The notes beneath the pieces were generated by a model. It saw nothing but the letters and a program-made list of their open reading frames with translations. It was not told where the DNA came from and ran no database searches. A DNA stretch of 36,852 nucleotides from a bacterium (lineage in GTDB: Bacteria > Zhuqueibacterota > Zhuqueibacteria > Oceanimicrobiales > Oceanimicrobiaceae): assembly GCA_046757025.1 (NCBI GenBank), contig JBHHXN010000036.1, positions 1 through 36,852 of the forward strand. The letters are read 5' to 3'. This document shows, piece after piece, positions 8,716 through 16,863 of this stretch (its first letter is position 1; each line of letters begins with the position of its first letter). The position numbers and the translations under genes were made by a program.

Positions 8716-9684
8716 TTGAATTCTGAAAACAATTTAATCGAACACTTTTTTAAAGGCGACCGACGATCTTTATCCAGGGCGATTTCATTGGTTGAAAACG
8801 AAGATCCCTATTCAGTACGTTTACTGGATGCGGTATCGACCAAAATTGGCCGCGCCTATCGTATCGGCATTACCGGACCGCCGGGCGCCGGCAAAAGTAC
8901 CCTGGTGGACGAGCTCACCAAACATTTTCGTAAGCAGAGCAAAACCGTGGGGGTGATCGCGGTGGACCCCACCAGTCCGTTTACCGGCGGCGCGTTGCTG
9001 GGCGACCGCATCCGTATGAGCGACATCGCCCTGGACGAGGGCGTGTTTATCCGCAGCATGGCCACCCGCGGCAGCCTGGGCGGCCTGTCTCAAAAAGCCG
9101 ACGACGTGGCCGATATTTTAGATGCTTTTGGCAAAAACTTTGTGATCATCGAAACCGTGGGCGTGGGGCAATCCGAGCTGGATGTGGTGGGTGTGGCCGA
9201 CACCACGCTGGTGGTGCTGGTGCCGGAATCGGGCGACGCCATCCAGGCCATGAAAGCGGGCTTGATGGAAATCGCGGATTTTTTTATTTTAAACAAGGCC
9301 GACCGCGAGGGCGCCGATCGCGCTATGCAGGAAATTCAGAATATGCTGCTGCTACGGCCGCCTAAGGATTGGGCGCCGAAAGTTTTGCAGGCGGTGGCCA
9401 GCGAAGGGGAAGGGATTACGGAAATCGCTGAACTGATTGCAGAACATCGGAATTATTTGGTTGAAAAGGGCATTTTAGATAAAAAACGGCAAAATCGCCT
9501 GTTTAAAAAAATTCGCGCCATCGTACGCTCCAAACTGGAGAAATCGTTTTGGGATGAATCCGCGCATAAAATCCTCGACGCCAATCTGGAAAAATTCGAC
9601 CATTTGAAATTATCACCTTACAAAATAGCCGAACAACTTCTGAGCAACTTCAAAAGAAAATTGGAGAAACGCCATGAATCGTGA
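8716..9684 (+). CDS. meaB: MeaB/ArgK-family GTPase chaperone of B12-dependent acyl-CoA mutase
   Basis: [61 protein letters not shown]. Confidence 0.93.
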   Translation: MNSENNLIEHFFKGDRRSLSRAISLVENEDPYSVRLLDAVSTKIGRAYRIGITGPPGAGKSTLVDELTKHFRKQSKTVGVIAVDPTSPFTGGALLGDRIRMSDIALDEGVFIRSMATRGSLGGLSQKADDVADILDAFGKNFVIIETVGVGQSELDVVGVADTTLVVLVPESGDAIQAMKAGLMEIADFFILNKADREGADRAMQEIQNMLLLRPPKDWAPKVLQAVASEGEGITEIAELIAEHRNYLVEKGILDKKRQNRLFKKIRAIVRSKLEKSFWDESAHKILDANLEKFDHLKLSPYKIAEQLLSNFKRKLEKRHES

Positions 9685-11341
9685 CGAGCTTCAAAAGATA
9701 AAAGCGGCCAAGCAGGAATGGGCAAAAAAAGTGGATGCCAGCTCAAAAGGCCGCAAATCCAAATATGTGACGGTTTCCAGCGAGCCGCTGGATATTTTAT
9801 ATACGCCGGATGATATCGAAAATCTCGACTATGAAAAAGATCTCGGTTTCCCCGGCGAATTTCCTTACACCCGCGGCGTGCACCACAACATGTACCGCGG
9901 GCGTTTGTGGACCATGCGTCAGTTTGCCGGTTTCGGTACCGCCCGAGACACCAACCAGCGCTTCAAATATTTGCTGGAGCAGGGGCAGGACGGCTTGTCT
10001 GTGGCGTTCGATTTACCTACCCTCATGGGCGTGGATTCCGACGATCCCCGCAGTCAGGGAGAAGTGGGAGTTTGCGGAGTGGCCATCGACTCGCTGGCCG
10101 ACATGGAAGTGCTCTTCGAGGGCATCCCGCTGGACAAGATCAGCACCTCCATGACCATCAATTCGCCGGCCGCCATTCTGCTGGCCTTCTACATTTGTGT
10201 GGCCGAAAAACAGGGGGTAGCGCCGGATAAATTGCGGGGCACCTTGCAAAACGACATCTTGAAAGAATACATCGCGCAGAAAGAATTCATCTTTCCGCCG
10301 CAGCCTTCCATGCGGATTTTTGTTGATTCGGTGGAATACTGCACCAAACACGTGCCGCTGTGGAACACCATCTCCATCAGCGGTTACCACATTCGGGAAG
10401 CGGGCAGCACCGCGGTGCAGGAGTTGGCTTTTACTCTGGCAGACGGTTTTGCCTACGTGGAAGCCTGCATGGAACGCGGGCTGGATATCGACGCCTTTGC
10501 CCCGCGACTGTCGTTTTTCTTCAATTCCCATATCGACTTTTTTGAGGAGATCGCCAAATTCAGAGCCGCGCGCCGAATTTATGCCAAACGAATGCGTTTT
10601 AAATATGGCGCCAAAGACGAGCGCTCCTGGAAATTGCGATTTCACACCCAAACCGCCGGTTGTTCACTGACCGGCCAGCAGCCAGAAAACAACATCGTAC
10701 GCACGGCGTTTGAAGCGTTGGCGGGCGTGCTCGGCGGTACCCAGTCGCTGCACACCAACTCCCTGGACGAAACCTGGGCCCTGCCATCGGAATGGGCGGC
10801 GAAAATTGCCTTGCGCACGCAGCAGATCATCGCGCACGAAACCGGCGTCATCAACACCATCGATCCCTTTGCCGGCTCGTATTTCATGGAAAATCTCACC
10901 AATCGTATGGAAAAAGGCGCCGAAGAATATTTCGAAAAAATCGACGCCCTGGGCGGCGTGATTCCGGCCATTGAGAAAGGCTTTTTTCAGCGCGAAATTG
11001 CCAACGCCGCGCGCAAATATCAGGATGAAATCGAAGCCCGGGAACGCTTTATCGTGGGCGTGAACGCCTTTGTGGAAAAAAATGAAAAACTGGAGATTCC
11101 GATTCTCAAAATCGATCCCGAAGTGGGCGAGCAGCAAATCGCTAATTTAAAATCGTTGAAACAGAATCGAAATCAGACGCGCGCGCGCGAAGCCTTGGGC
11201 AAGCTTAAATTGGCAGCAAAAGAGGGGGACAACCTGATGCCGCATTTTATCGACTGTGCCCGGGCTTATGCCACCGTCGGTGAAATGATCCACGTTTTGA
11301 AAGAAGAATTTGGCGAATACAGGGAACCCGTAATTTTTTAA
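9674..11341 (+). CDS. icmA: AdoCbl-dependent acyl-CoA mutase large subunit, isobutyryl-CoA-mutase (IcmA)-like
   Basis: MCM-family motifs [39 protein letters not shown]; specificity positions are Phe84 (MRQFAGF) and Gln202 (KEYIAQKE). The family is certain; the substrate is inferred. Confidence 0.75.
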   Translation: MNRDELQKIKAAKQEWAKKVDASSKGRKSKYVTVSSEPLDILYTPDDIENLDYEKDLGFPGEFPYTRGVHHNMYRGRLWTMRQFAGFGTARDTNQRFKYLLEQGQDGLSVAFDLPTLMGVDSDDPRSQGEVGVCGVAIDSLADMEVLFEGIPLDKISTSMTINSPAAILLAFYICVAEKQGVAPDKLRGTLQNDILKEYIAQKEFIFPPQPSMRIFVDSVEYCTKHVPLWNTISISGYHIREAGSTAVQELAFTLADGFAYVEACMERGLDIDAFAPRLSFFFNSHIDFFEEIAKFRAARRIYAKRMRFKYGAKDERSWKLRFHTQTAGCSLTGQQPENNIVRTAFEALAGVLGGTQSLHTNSLDETWALPSEWAAKIALRTQQIIAHETGVINTIDPFAGSYFMENLTNRMEKGAEEYFEKIDALGGVIPAIEKGFFQREIANAARKYQDEIEARERFIVGVNAFVEKNEKLEIPILKIDPEVGEQQIANLKSLKQNRNQTRAREALGKLKLAAKEGDNLMPHFIDCARAYATVGEMIHVLKEEFGEYREPVIF

Positions 11342-11362
11342 CCAATTGGTCTGAGGAGCACT

Positions 11363-11764
11363 ATGGATCGAAAAATCAGAATCTTAGTAGCCAAACCCGG
11401 ATTGGACGGTCATGATCGCGGCGCTAAAGTCATCGCCAGCGCCTTGCGCGACGCCGGTTTTGAAGTGATTTATTCCGGCTTGCACCAAACGCCAGAGATG
11501 ATCGTGGAAGCCGCGTTGCAGGAAGATGTGGACGTCATCGGCGTGAGTTTGCTTTCCGGCGCCCACATGACCCTCTTTCCCAAAATTAAAAAACTCATGG
11601 AAGAGAAAGGGCTGCACGACGTGCTGTTGACCGGCGGTGGCATCATTCCGCCGGAAGATATGAAAGCACTGGAAAAAATGGGTATCGGCAAGCTGTTTGG
11701 CCCGGGCTCGATTTCCGCTGATATCATCGCTTACATCAAAGACTGGGTAGATAAAAACCGATAG
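11363..11764 (+). CDS. Cobalamin-binding small subunit of the acyl-CoA mutase (IcmB-like)
   Basis: [10 protein letters not shown] (DxHxxG), SLLSGAH, GGGIIP. Confidence 0.93.
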   Translation: MDRKIRILVAKPGLDGHDRGAKVIASALRDAGFEVIYSGLHQTPEMIVEAALQEDVDVIGVSLLSGAHMTLFPKIKKLMEEKGLHDVLLTGGGIIPPEDMKALEKMGIGKLFGPGSISADIIAYIKDWVDKNR

Positions 11765-11779
11765 TTTTCGAGATTTATC

Positions 11780-11808
11780 TTGATCGGGAATATCCTGATC
11801 GATAAATT
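11780..11808 (+). promoter_or_regulatory. Candidate sigma70 promoter for the cysteine leader, lying within an inverted repeat
   Basis: TTGATC (11780-11785)-N17-TAAATT (11803-11808); overlaps the imperfect palindrome ATTTATC..GATCGGGA...TCCTGATC GATAAAT (11773-11807). Confidence 0.4.
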
Positions 11809-11837
11809 TGTTTTGGCTGTTAAAAGTATTAAAAAAC

Positions 11838-11933
11838 ATGAACAAAAACATTTATAATTTCATTTCTTTTATTGATGTAGATGGGTACCAACCTATGATG
11901 CTGTGCTGTTGTAAAAAGAGATGCGGGTTATGA
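11838..11933 (+). CDS. Putative cysteine-rich attenuator leader peptide MNKNIYNFISFIDVDGYQPMMLCCCKKRCGL (alternative starts at 11895/11898)
   Basis: Translated by hand: ...ATG ATG CTG TGC TGT TGT AAA AAG AGA TGC GGG TTA TGA; lies just upstream of a terminator and a cysteine synthesis operon. Confidence 0.72.
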   Translation: MNKNIYNFISFIDVDGYQPMMLCCCKKRCGL

Positions 11934-11967
11934 ATGTTTGCCAATAAACAAAATCGACAATCATCCT

Positions 11968-12002
11968 GACCCACATTGAAATTGATGTGGGTTTTTTATT
12001 TT
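11968..12002 (+). terminator. Intrinsic terminator (attenuator) upstream of cysM
   Basis: Stem ACCCACATT (11969-11977), loop GAAATT, GATGTGGGT (11984-11992), then TTTTTATTTT. Confidence 0.8.
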
Positions 12003-12183
12003 ATACGCCAAATGAGCGATTGGCTTTTCGCTTTTGGCCAGTGGTATTTAATGTCTGGAGACTTACGTTGACTCTATCCATTCACGCGTTAGGTGATTTA
12101 CAAAAACCATCTTAGCTAATTAAATTTTATTTACTAACAGCCAAAGGCTAATAGCGAATAGCTAAATTCAGGTTATAGAAAAC

Positions 12184-13158
12184 ATGACAGTAATTTTTAA
12201 AGCACCGGCCTCTGGAAAGAAAAAGGAAGCCGCTGCTGCAATTGAGAAAAACAACCTTCTCAACCGCATCGGGAAAACGCCTTTACTGGCACTTCCCCGC
12301 ATTTCAAAAGCGGTTTGGCCGGTAAAAATTTACGCCAAAGCAGAGTGGTTCAATCCGGGAGGCTCGGTGAAGGATCGGGCTGCTCTCAACATGATTTTAG
12401 AGGGGGTAAATAGCGGAGGCCTGACGCGGAGCCAAACCATCCTCGACGCCACATCGGGCAACACCGGCATTGCGTATGCCATGATCGGGGCGGCGCTGGG
12501 TTACAAGGTCAGGCTCTGTCTGCCCTCGAATGCCGGCGCTCTGTTCAAACAAATTTTGCATGCGTACGGCGCTGAGCTGATTTACACCGATCCACAGGAG
12601 GGTTCCGATGGCGCCATTCTTGCCGCGAGAAAAATGTACCAGGAAAATCCGGAAAATTACTTTTATCCGGATCAGTACAACAGTCGGGCAAACTGGATGG
12701 CGCATTACCAGGGAACGGCGGTTGAGATCTACCAGCAGACACAGGGCAAGATCACGCACTTCGTGGCCGGTTTGGGAACGAGTGGAACTTTTATGGGCGC
12801 CGGTCGTCGATTAAAAATGTTCAGACACGATGTGCAATTGATCTCCGTTCAGCCGGATTCACCCTTTCATGGATTGGAAGGACTCAAGCATATAAGCTCG
12901 TCCATTCAGCCGGGAATTTACGACCACAAGCTGGCAGACACCAACCTGGAAGTGCGCACAGAAGATGCGCAGATCATGGTGAAACGCTTGGCCAGAGAAG
13001 AGGGATTGCTGGTGGGATTGTCGTCCGGAGCTAACCTGGCAGCGGCGCTCACGGTGGCTGAACAGAGCGCCAACGGTCTTATTGTAGTCATCTTTCCTGA
13101 TAGTGCACATAAATATTTTGATCAAAGATTTTGGAGGGAATTCGAATATGGCCATTAA
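12184..13158 (+). CDS. cysM: PLP-dependent cysteine synthase, CysM-type (probably sulfur-carrier dependent)
   Basis: IGKTPL, KAEWFNPGGSVKDR (PLP Lys), DATSGNTG, GLGTSGT, GLSSGAN; adjacent to JAB and CysO/MoeZ genes. Confidence 0.87.
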   Translation: MTVIFKAPASGKKKEAAAAIEKNNLLNRIGKTPLLALPRISKAVWPVKIYAKAEWFNPGGSVKDRAALNMILEGVNSGGLTRSQTILDATSGNTGIAYAMIGAALGYKVRLCLPSNAGALFKQILHAYGAELIYTDPQEGSDGAILAARKMYQENPENYFYPDQYNSRANWMAHYQGTAVEIYQQTQGKITHFVAGLGTSGTFMGAGRRLKMFRHDVQLISVQPDSPFHGLEGLKHISSSIQPGIYDHKLADTNLEVRTEDAQIMVKRLAREEGLLVGLSSGANLAAALTVAEQSANGLIVVIFPDSAHKYFDQRFWREFEYGH

Positions 13159-13573
13159 AATTGACCAAAAGTATTTCGATTTGCTCAAAGCGTATGGCGA
13201 AGAAACCTACCCGGATGAATGCTGCGGCTTTCTTCTGGGCGCTCATTCCAATGGCGTTAAGGTGGTTCAAACCACCCTGCCGGCCTTCAATGCCCAGCAG
13301 CGAACGGAAAAATATCACCGTTATTTGATCACGCCAGAAACGTTTTTGCAGGGTGAAAAGTTCGCAAAAGAACACGGCTTGGATATCGTGGGATTCTATC
13401 ATTCGCACCCAAATGCGGCAGCGAAGCCTTCGACTTTCGACCTCGAGCACGGCTGGCCGTGGTACTCGTATGTCATCGTTTCTGTGACGGAAAATCAGGC
13501 ACAGGAAGTCGCTTCCTGGGTCATGGATTCGAACAGGGTGGAATTCCAAGAAGAACCGATTATCATCGTTTAA
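13148..13573 (+). CDS. JAB/MPN+ (M67) metallopeptidase, Mec-like sulfur-carrier peptidase
   Basis: YPDECCGFL; JAMM motif YHSHPNAAAKPSTFD; ATG at 13148 after ggaggg, overlapping the end of cysM. Confidence 0.9.
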   Translation: MAIKIDQKYFDLLKAYGEETYPDECCGFLLGAHSNGVKVVQTTLPAFNAQQRTEKYHRYLITPETFLQGEKFAKEHGLDIVGFYHSHPNAAAKPSTFDLEHGWPWYSYVIVSVTENQAQEVASWVMDSNRVEFQEEPIIIV

Positions 13574-13591
13574 TTATTTTGGAGAACGTAC

Positions 13592-15040
13592 ATGTCCATT
13601 AAAGTAATCATACCGACGCCGTTGCGTCAATACACCAAAAATCTGGACGTCGTGGAGCTGGAAGGTAGGAATATCGCCGAGATCTTGTCGCGTTTAACGC
13701 AATCGTTTCCAGATATCAAGAAACATCTTTTTAGTGAGGATGGCCAGATTCGCAATTTCGTCAACGTTTATGTCAACGACGACGACATTCGATTTCTGCA
13801 AAAAAACGATACGCCGGTCACGGCCGGCGACGTCGTCACCATCGTGCCTTCGGTGGCCGGCGGCAGCGAAAGCCATGCCCCATCGGCGGGCGAAGTGCCG
13901 TTTTCAAAAGCCGAGATCGAGCGCTACAGCCGGCATCTGATCATGCCCGAGGTCGCGCTGGAAGGTCAGGAAAAACTGAAGCAGGCCAGTGTGCTGCTCA
14001 TCGGCATGGGGGGGCTGGGGTCGCCGGCATCCATGTATCTGGCTGCTTCCGGCGTGGGTCGAATTGGCATCGTGGATTTCGACGTGGTGGATTACACCAA
14101 TTTGCAGCGGCAGATCATTTACGCCACCGAGGACGTCGGACGCCCAAAACTGCAGGCGGCCAGCGACCGGCTCAAAGGCATCAATCCCCACATCCAAATC
14201 GATCATTTTGAGACGCATCTGACTTCGGAAAATGCCCTGGATATTTTTCAAAATTACGACATCATCGTGGACGGCACCGACAATTTTCCCACCCGCTATT
14301 TGGTGAACGACGCCTGCGTGCTTCTGGGCAAGCCCAACGTTTATGGCAGCATTTTTCGCTTTGAAGGACAGGTGTCGGTGTTCGACGCCAAAGAGGGGCC
14401 GTGCTACCGTTGCTTGTACCCGGAGCCGCCGCCGCCCGGGCTGGTGCCCAGTTGCGCGGAAGGCGGGGTGCTGGGAATCCTGCCCGGCAGCATTGGTCTG
14501 ATGCAGGCCACCGAAGCCATCAAGCTCATCATCGGCAAAGGCAAACCGCTTATCGGCCGGCTGCTTTTGTATGACGCTCTGGCCATGCATTTCAAAGAGC
14601 TCAAGCTCCGCAAAGATCCCGACTGCCCGATATGCGGTGAACATCCCTCGATTTCGGCGCTCATCGATTATGAAGAATTCTGCGGCATCGGCACCGAAGC
14701 CGATCGGCTTGTGCTGGCCCCTGAACATGAAATCACGGTGTCCGAGCTCAATTCGAAACTCATTCAAAATGGCAGCCTGTTTTTGCTGGACGTACGCGAA
14801 CCGCATGAAAAAGCCATCTGCCAATTGCCCAACTCCAGGTTGATTCCGTTGAACCAACTGGCCACCCGCATTCACGAGCTGGATCGCTCCTGGGACATCG
14901 TGGCTTACTGTCGCTCGGGTGTACGCAGTGCAAAAGCGGTGAAGTTTTTGCGGGAAGCCGGTTTCCAGCGTGTGAAGAATTTGGTGGGCGGCATTCTGGC
15001 CTGGTCCGATGAAATCGATCCGTCGCTGCCAAAATATTAA
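13592..15040 (+). CDS. moeB: Fusion of a MoaD/ThiS/CysO ubiquitin-like sulfur carrier, MoeB adenylyltransferase and rhodanese (CysO-MoeZ)
   Basis: aa 1-91 IPTPLRQYT..FVNVYVNDDDIRFL..IVPSVAGG; then ERYSRHL, GMGGLG, NLQRQ, CYRC, CPIC; rhodanese LLDVREPHE..CRSGVRS. Confidence 0.92.
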   Translation: MSIKVIIPTPLRQYTKNLDVVELEGRNIAEILSRLTQSFPDIKKHLFSEDGQIRNFVNVYVNDDDIRFLQKNDTPVTAGDVVTIVPSVAGGSESHAPSAGEVPFSKAEIERYSRHLIMPEVALEGQEKLKQASVLLIGMGGLGSPASMYLAASGVGRIGIVDFDVVDYTNLQRQIIYATEDVGRPKLQAASDRLKGINPHIQIDHFETHLTSENALDIFQNYDIIVDGTDNFPTRYLVNDACVLLGKPNVYGSIFRFEGQVSVFDAKEGPCYRCLYPEPPPPGLVPSCAEGGVLGILPGSIGLMQATEAIKLIIGKGKPLIGRLLLYDALAMHFKELKLRKDPDCPICGEHPSISALIDYEEFCGIGTEADRLVLAPEHEITVSELNSKLIQNGSLFLLDVREPHEKAICQLPNSRLIPLNQLATRIHELDRSWDIVAYCRSGVRSAKAVKFLREAGFQRVKNLVGGILAWSDEIDPSLPKY

Positions 15041-15255
15041 TCCAATTCGTTTTCATTTTTTAGCACCTGTTCTGTTTGAGATTTGGATTTGAGTGCCTGT
15101 AAAATCCGTGTGACCATTTTAGGCGGCAAACACCAGGCACCGAAATAAACAAAAATTGCCAGCAAAACGATCGTTAAAAAATACACGACTTTTTTTACCC
15201 TCGAAATCACTTTGACACTTTTTATTTTCCAGCAAAATTTCATTGTAGTCCTCAT
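15037..15255 (-). CDS. Possible small membrane protein (hypothetical)
   Basis: 72 aa with one hydrophobic segment VVYFLTIVLLAIFVYFGAWCL; the stop overlaps the moeZ stop; no recognisable family. Confidence 0.3.
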   Translation of the reverse strand: MRTTMKFCWKIKSVKVISRVKKVVYFLTIVLLAIFVYFGAWCLPPKMVTRILQALKSKSQTEQVLKNENELD

Positions 15256-15321
15256 TTATTTGAAAAAAAATTTGCACTCAAATTCTGGATAAAAGTTGAG
15301 CGCCTGCAGAATCCCAATTCC

Positions 15322-15520
15322 GGGTGTTCAAGCTTTAGAGGCTGTGTGAAAATGTAAAGCACGCATCTTGCTTGCGAGAATGGATTGCAAAGAAAACAAG
15401 AACTTAGATTAAATTATTGACCTGTTTTAACAAGCCAGAGGCTTGTTTTACCATGTTTTCACACAGGTTCTTTAGCTTGTGGAAGCGTGGAGTAAAGAGC
15501 ACGCTGAAGCGTGAACACCC
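15322..15520. repeat. REP-like inverted repeat interrupted by a MITE
   Basis: The reconstructed left arm GGGTGTTCAAGCTTTAGCTTG pairs with CACGCTGAAGCGTGAACACCC (15500-15520), three mismatches. Confidence 0.7.
15338..15470. mobile_element. 133-bp MITE with 15-bp TIRs and a TTTA target-site duplication (IS1182-like ends, inferred)
   Basis: GAGGCTGTGTGAAAA (15338-15352) vs TTTTCACACAGGTTC (15456-15470); TTTA at 15334-15337 and 15471-15474. Confidence 0.75.
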
Positions 15521-15584
15521 ATTGCGTGTGTAAACGAACACCCGTACTCGCAAGAAATCTTAGCTAACCGACTGTCAGAAGGAA

Positions 15585-15893
15585 TTAAACCACGGAAGGC
15601 GGGGCTCTGCGAAGAGGGCTTAAGAAAATGGCAGGTTTGGGGGAAGTAATCCGTTTGGGGATTGGAATGAATAATTCAAAAAGGAAAAAGTCCAGAGTGG
15701 TGCGTGAATTATGGGGAATCGCTGGTTGTACAATTGGCGAGTTTGGAGTCTGGGCGTCCGAGCCAAATCCATGAAAAACGGCGGTGGCGATGATTTTGGA
15801 TTTGAGTCCGGGCGAGGGGTCGATGGTTTTGAAGCTCGGAATCGCCGCGAAGGTGCAAACCAGCAGAAGATAGATTAAATGTTTGAATTTCAC
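15585..15893 (-). CDS. Small exported/membrane protein ending in RAPP (candidate ribosome arrest peptide)
   Basis: N-terminal signal-like MKFKHLIYLLLVCTFAA; Pro-rich linker; C-terminus IFLSPLRRAPPSVV*; 44-nt gap after the lipoprotein gene. Confidence 0.55.
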   Translation of the reverse strand: MKFKHLIYLLLVCTFAAIPSFKTIDPSPGLKSKIIATAVFHGFGSDAQTPNSPIVQPAIPHNSRTTLDFFLFELFIPIPKRITSPKPAIFLSPLRRAPPSVV

Positions 15894-15937
15894 GTGAAAA
15901 TAAAGCGGTTTGTGTATTTCACTTAATTTTAAATTTG

Positions 15938-16816
15938 TTAATTTAGTTGAATCACGCTGGCCAGGACGTCGTGCTGGCTGTCAAACGAACCCACCGGTTC
16001 CGGCCCTGTTTCAGAAGTAATCACCAGACCTCGAAAAATGAGTGTCCTTTTTACCAGACCTCGGGCGCTGATATAATCGACAAATTCGATATTTTGGTTT
16101 GGTGTGCCATCATTATCAAAGTCGAGATCCCACTGAATTTTAAAGCACTCAAATTCTCCAGCCGGCACTTCGACGGTTTCTTTGCCGATCACGCTTTTTT
16201 CAATGAGAAAGGGATTGCCTTTTTCACGGTAGGCCCAAACCTGGCCCACTTCCGTGGGAAAAGGCAGCACTTGCAGTGGCGGGTTTTCGATGACCAGCGT
16301 GTCCAACAGTGCCAAATCAGAAAAAAGCGCTCGCTCAAAAAACGCGTACATTTCAGGTAAGCTGTTGAATTCCTTTCCAATGAATTGGATTCTTGTTTTG
16401 GCTGGATTTGACGTGGACTTGGGGAGGGATTGACTATTCGCACCGAGTGTGGCGTAGATAAACAAGCCGTCTTCCTCATTTCTGTAGTGAAATTCGCTTT
16501 CCCAGATCTGATTTGTCTCCCGAAACGTTTCGTGCAGAACGTAAGTCTCAGTCCCTCCGGGCAGGGTCTGCATGCGCACCGCCTCCACCGTGGAAGTTCC
16601 CAAAATCAAAGTATCACCGGGAAAGGGGGTATCGGGCACACTCGGCTGAAAATTGACCACGGCGATTTCGTGTTCATACTGCCATTGATTGCCGATTTTC
16701 AGCGGGTAGGCTGAAAAGCCCGTCAGCTGAATCAGGGTATTGCTGTCATCAGAACAGCTCATGAAACAAAACACAGCTGATAAACTAATTACGGTGATTA
16801 TTTTTAAATATTTCAT
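15938..16816 (-). CDS. Hypothetical lipoprotein
   Basis: Signal peptide with lipobox-like FMSC; YPLKIGNQWQY and ETVEVPAGEFECFKI motifs seen in beta-rich secreted proteins; RBS gagg. Confidence 0.78.
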   Translation of the reverse strand: MKYLKIITVISLSAVFCFMSCSDDSNTLIQLTGFSAYPLKIGNQWQYEHEIAVVNFQPSVPDTPFPGDTLILGTSTVEAVRMQTLPGGTETYVLHETFRETNQIWESEFHYRNEEDGLFIYATLGANSQSLPKSTSNPAKTRIQFIGKEFNSLPEMYAFFERALFSDLALLDTLVIENPPLQVLPFPTEVGQVWAYREKGNPFLIEKSVIGKETVEVPAGEFECFKIQWDLDFDNDGTPNQNIEFVDYISARGLVKRTLIFRGLVITSETGPEPVGSFDSQHDVLASVIQLN

Positions 16817-16863
16817 TTTGACCTCACGAAAAGTAAATGAAAATATAAGGATTTTCTAACTGT

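Noticed and set aside
11765..12183. SAM riboswitch or T-box upstream of cysM
   Set aside because: I could not find SAM-I core motifs or the T-box sequence GGTGGNACC; the leader-peptide model explains the terminator better. An Rfam scan would settle it.
13904..14875. 323-aa antisense ORF (also 6348-7136, 10013-10651 and similar)
   Set aside because: Mirror frames of well-supported genes, expected from codon bias; no motifs.
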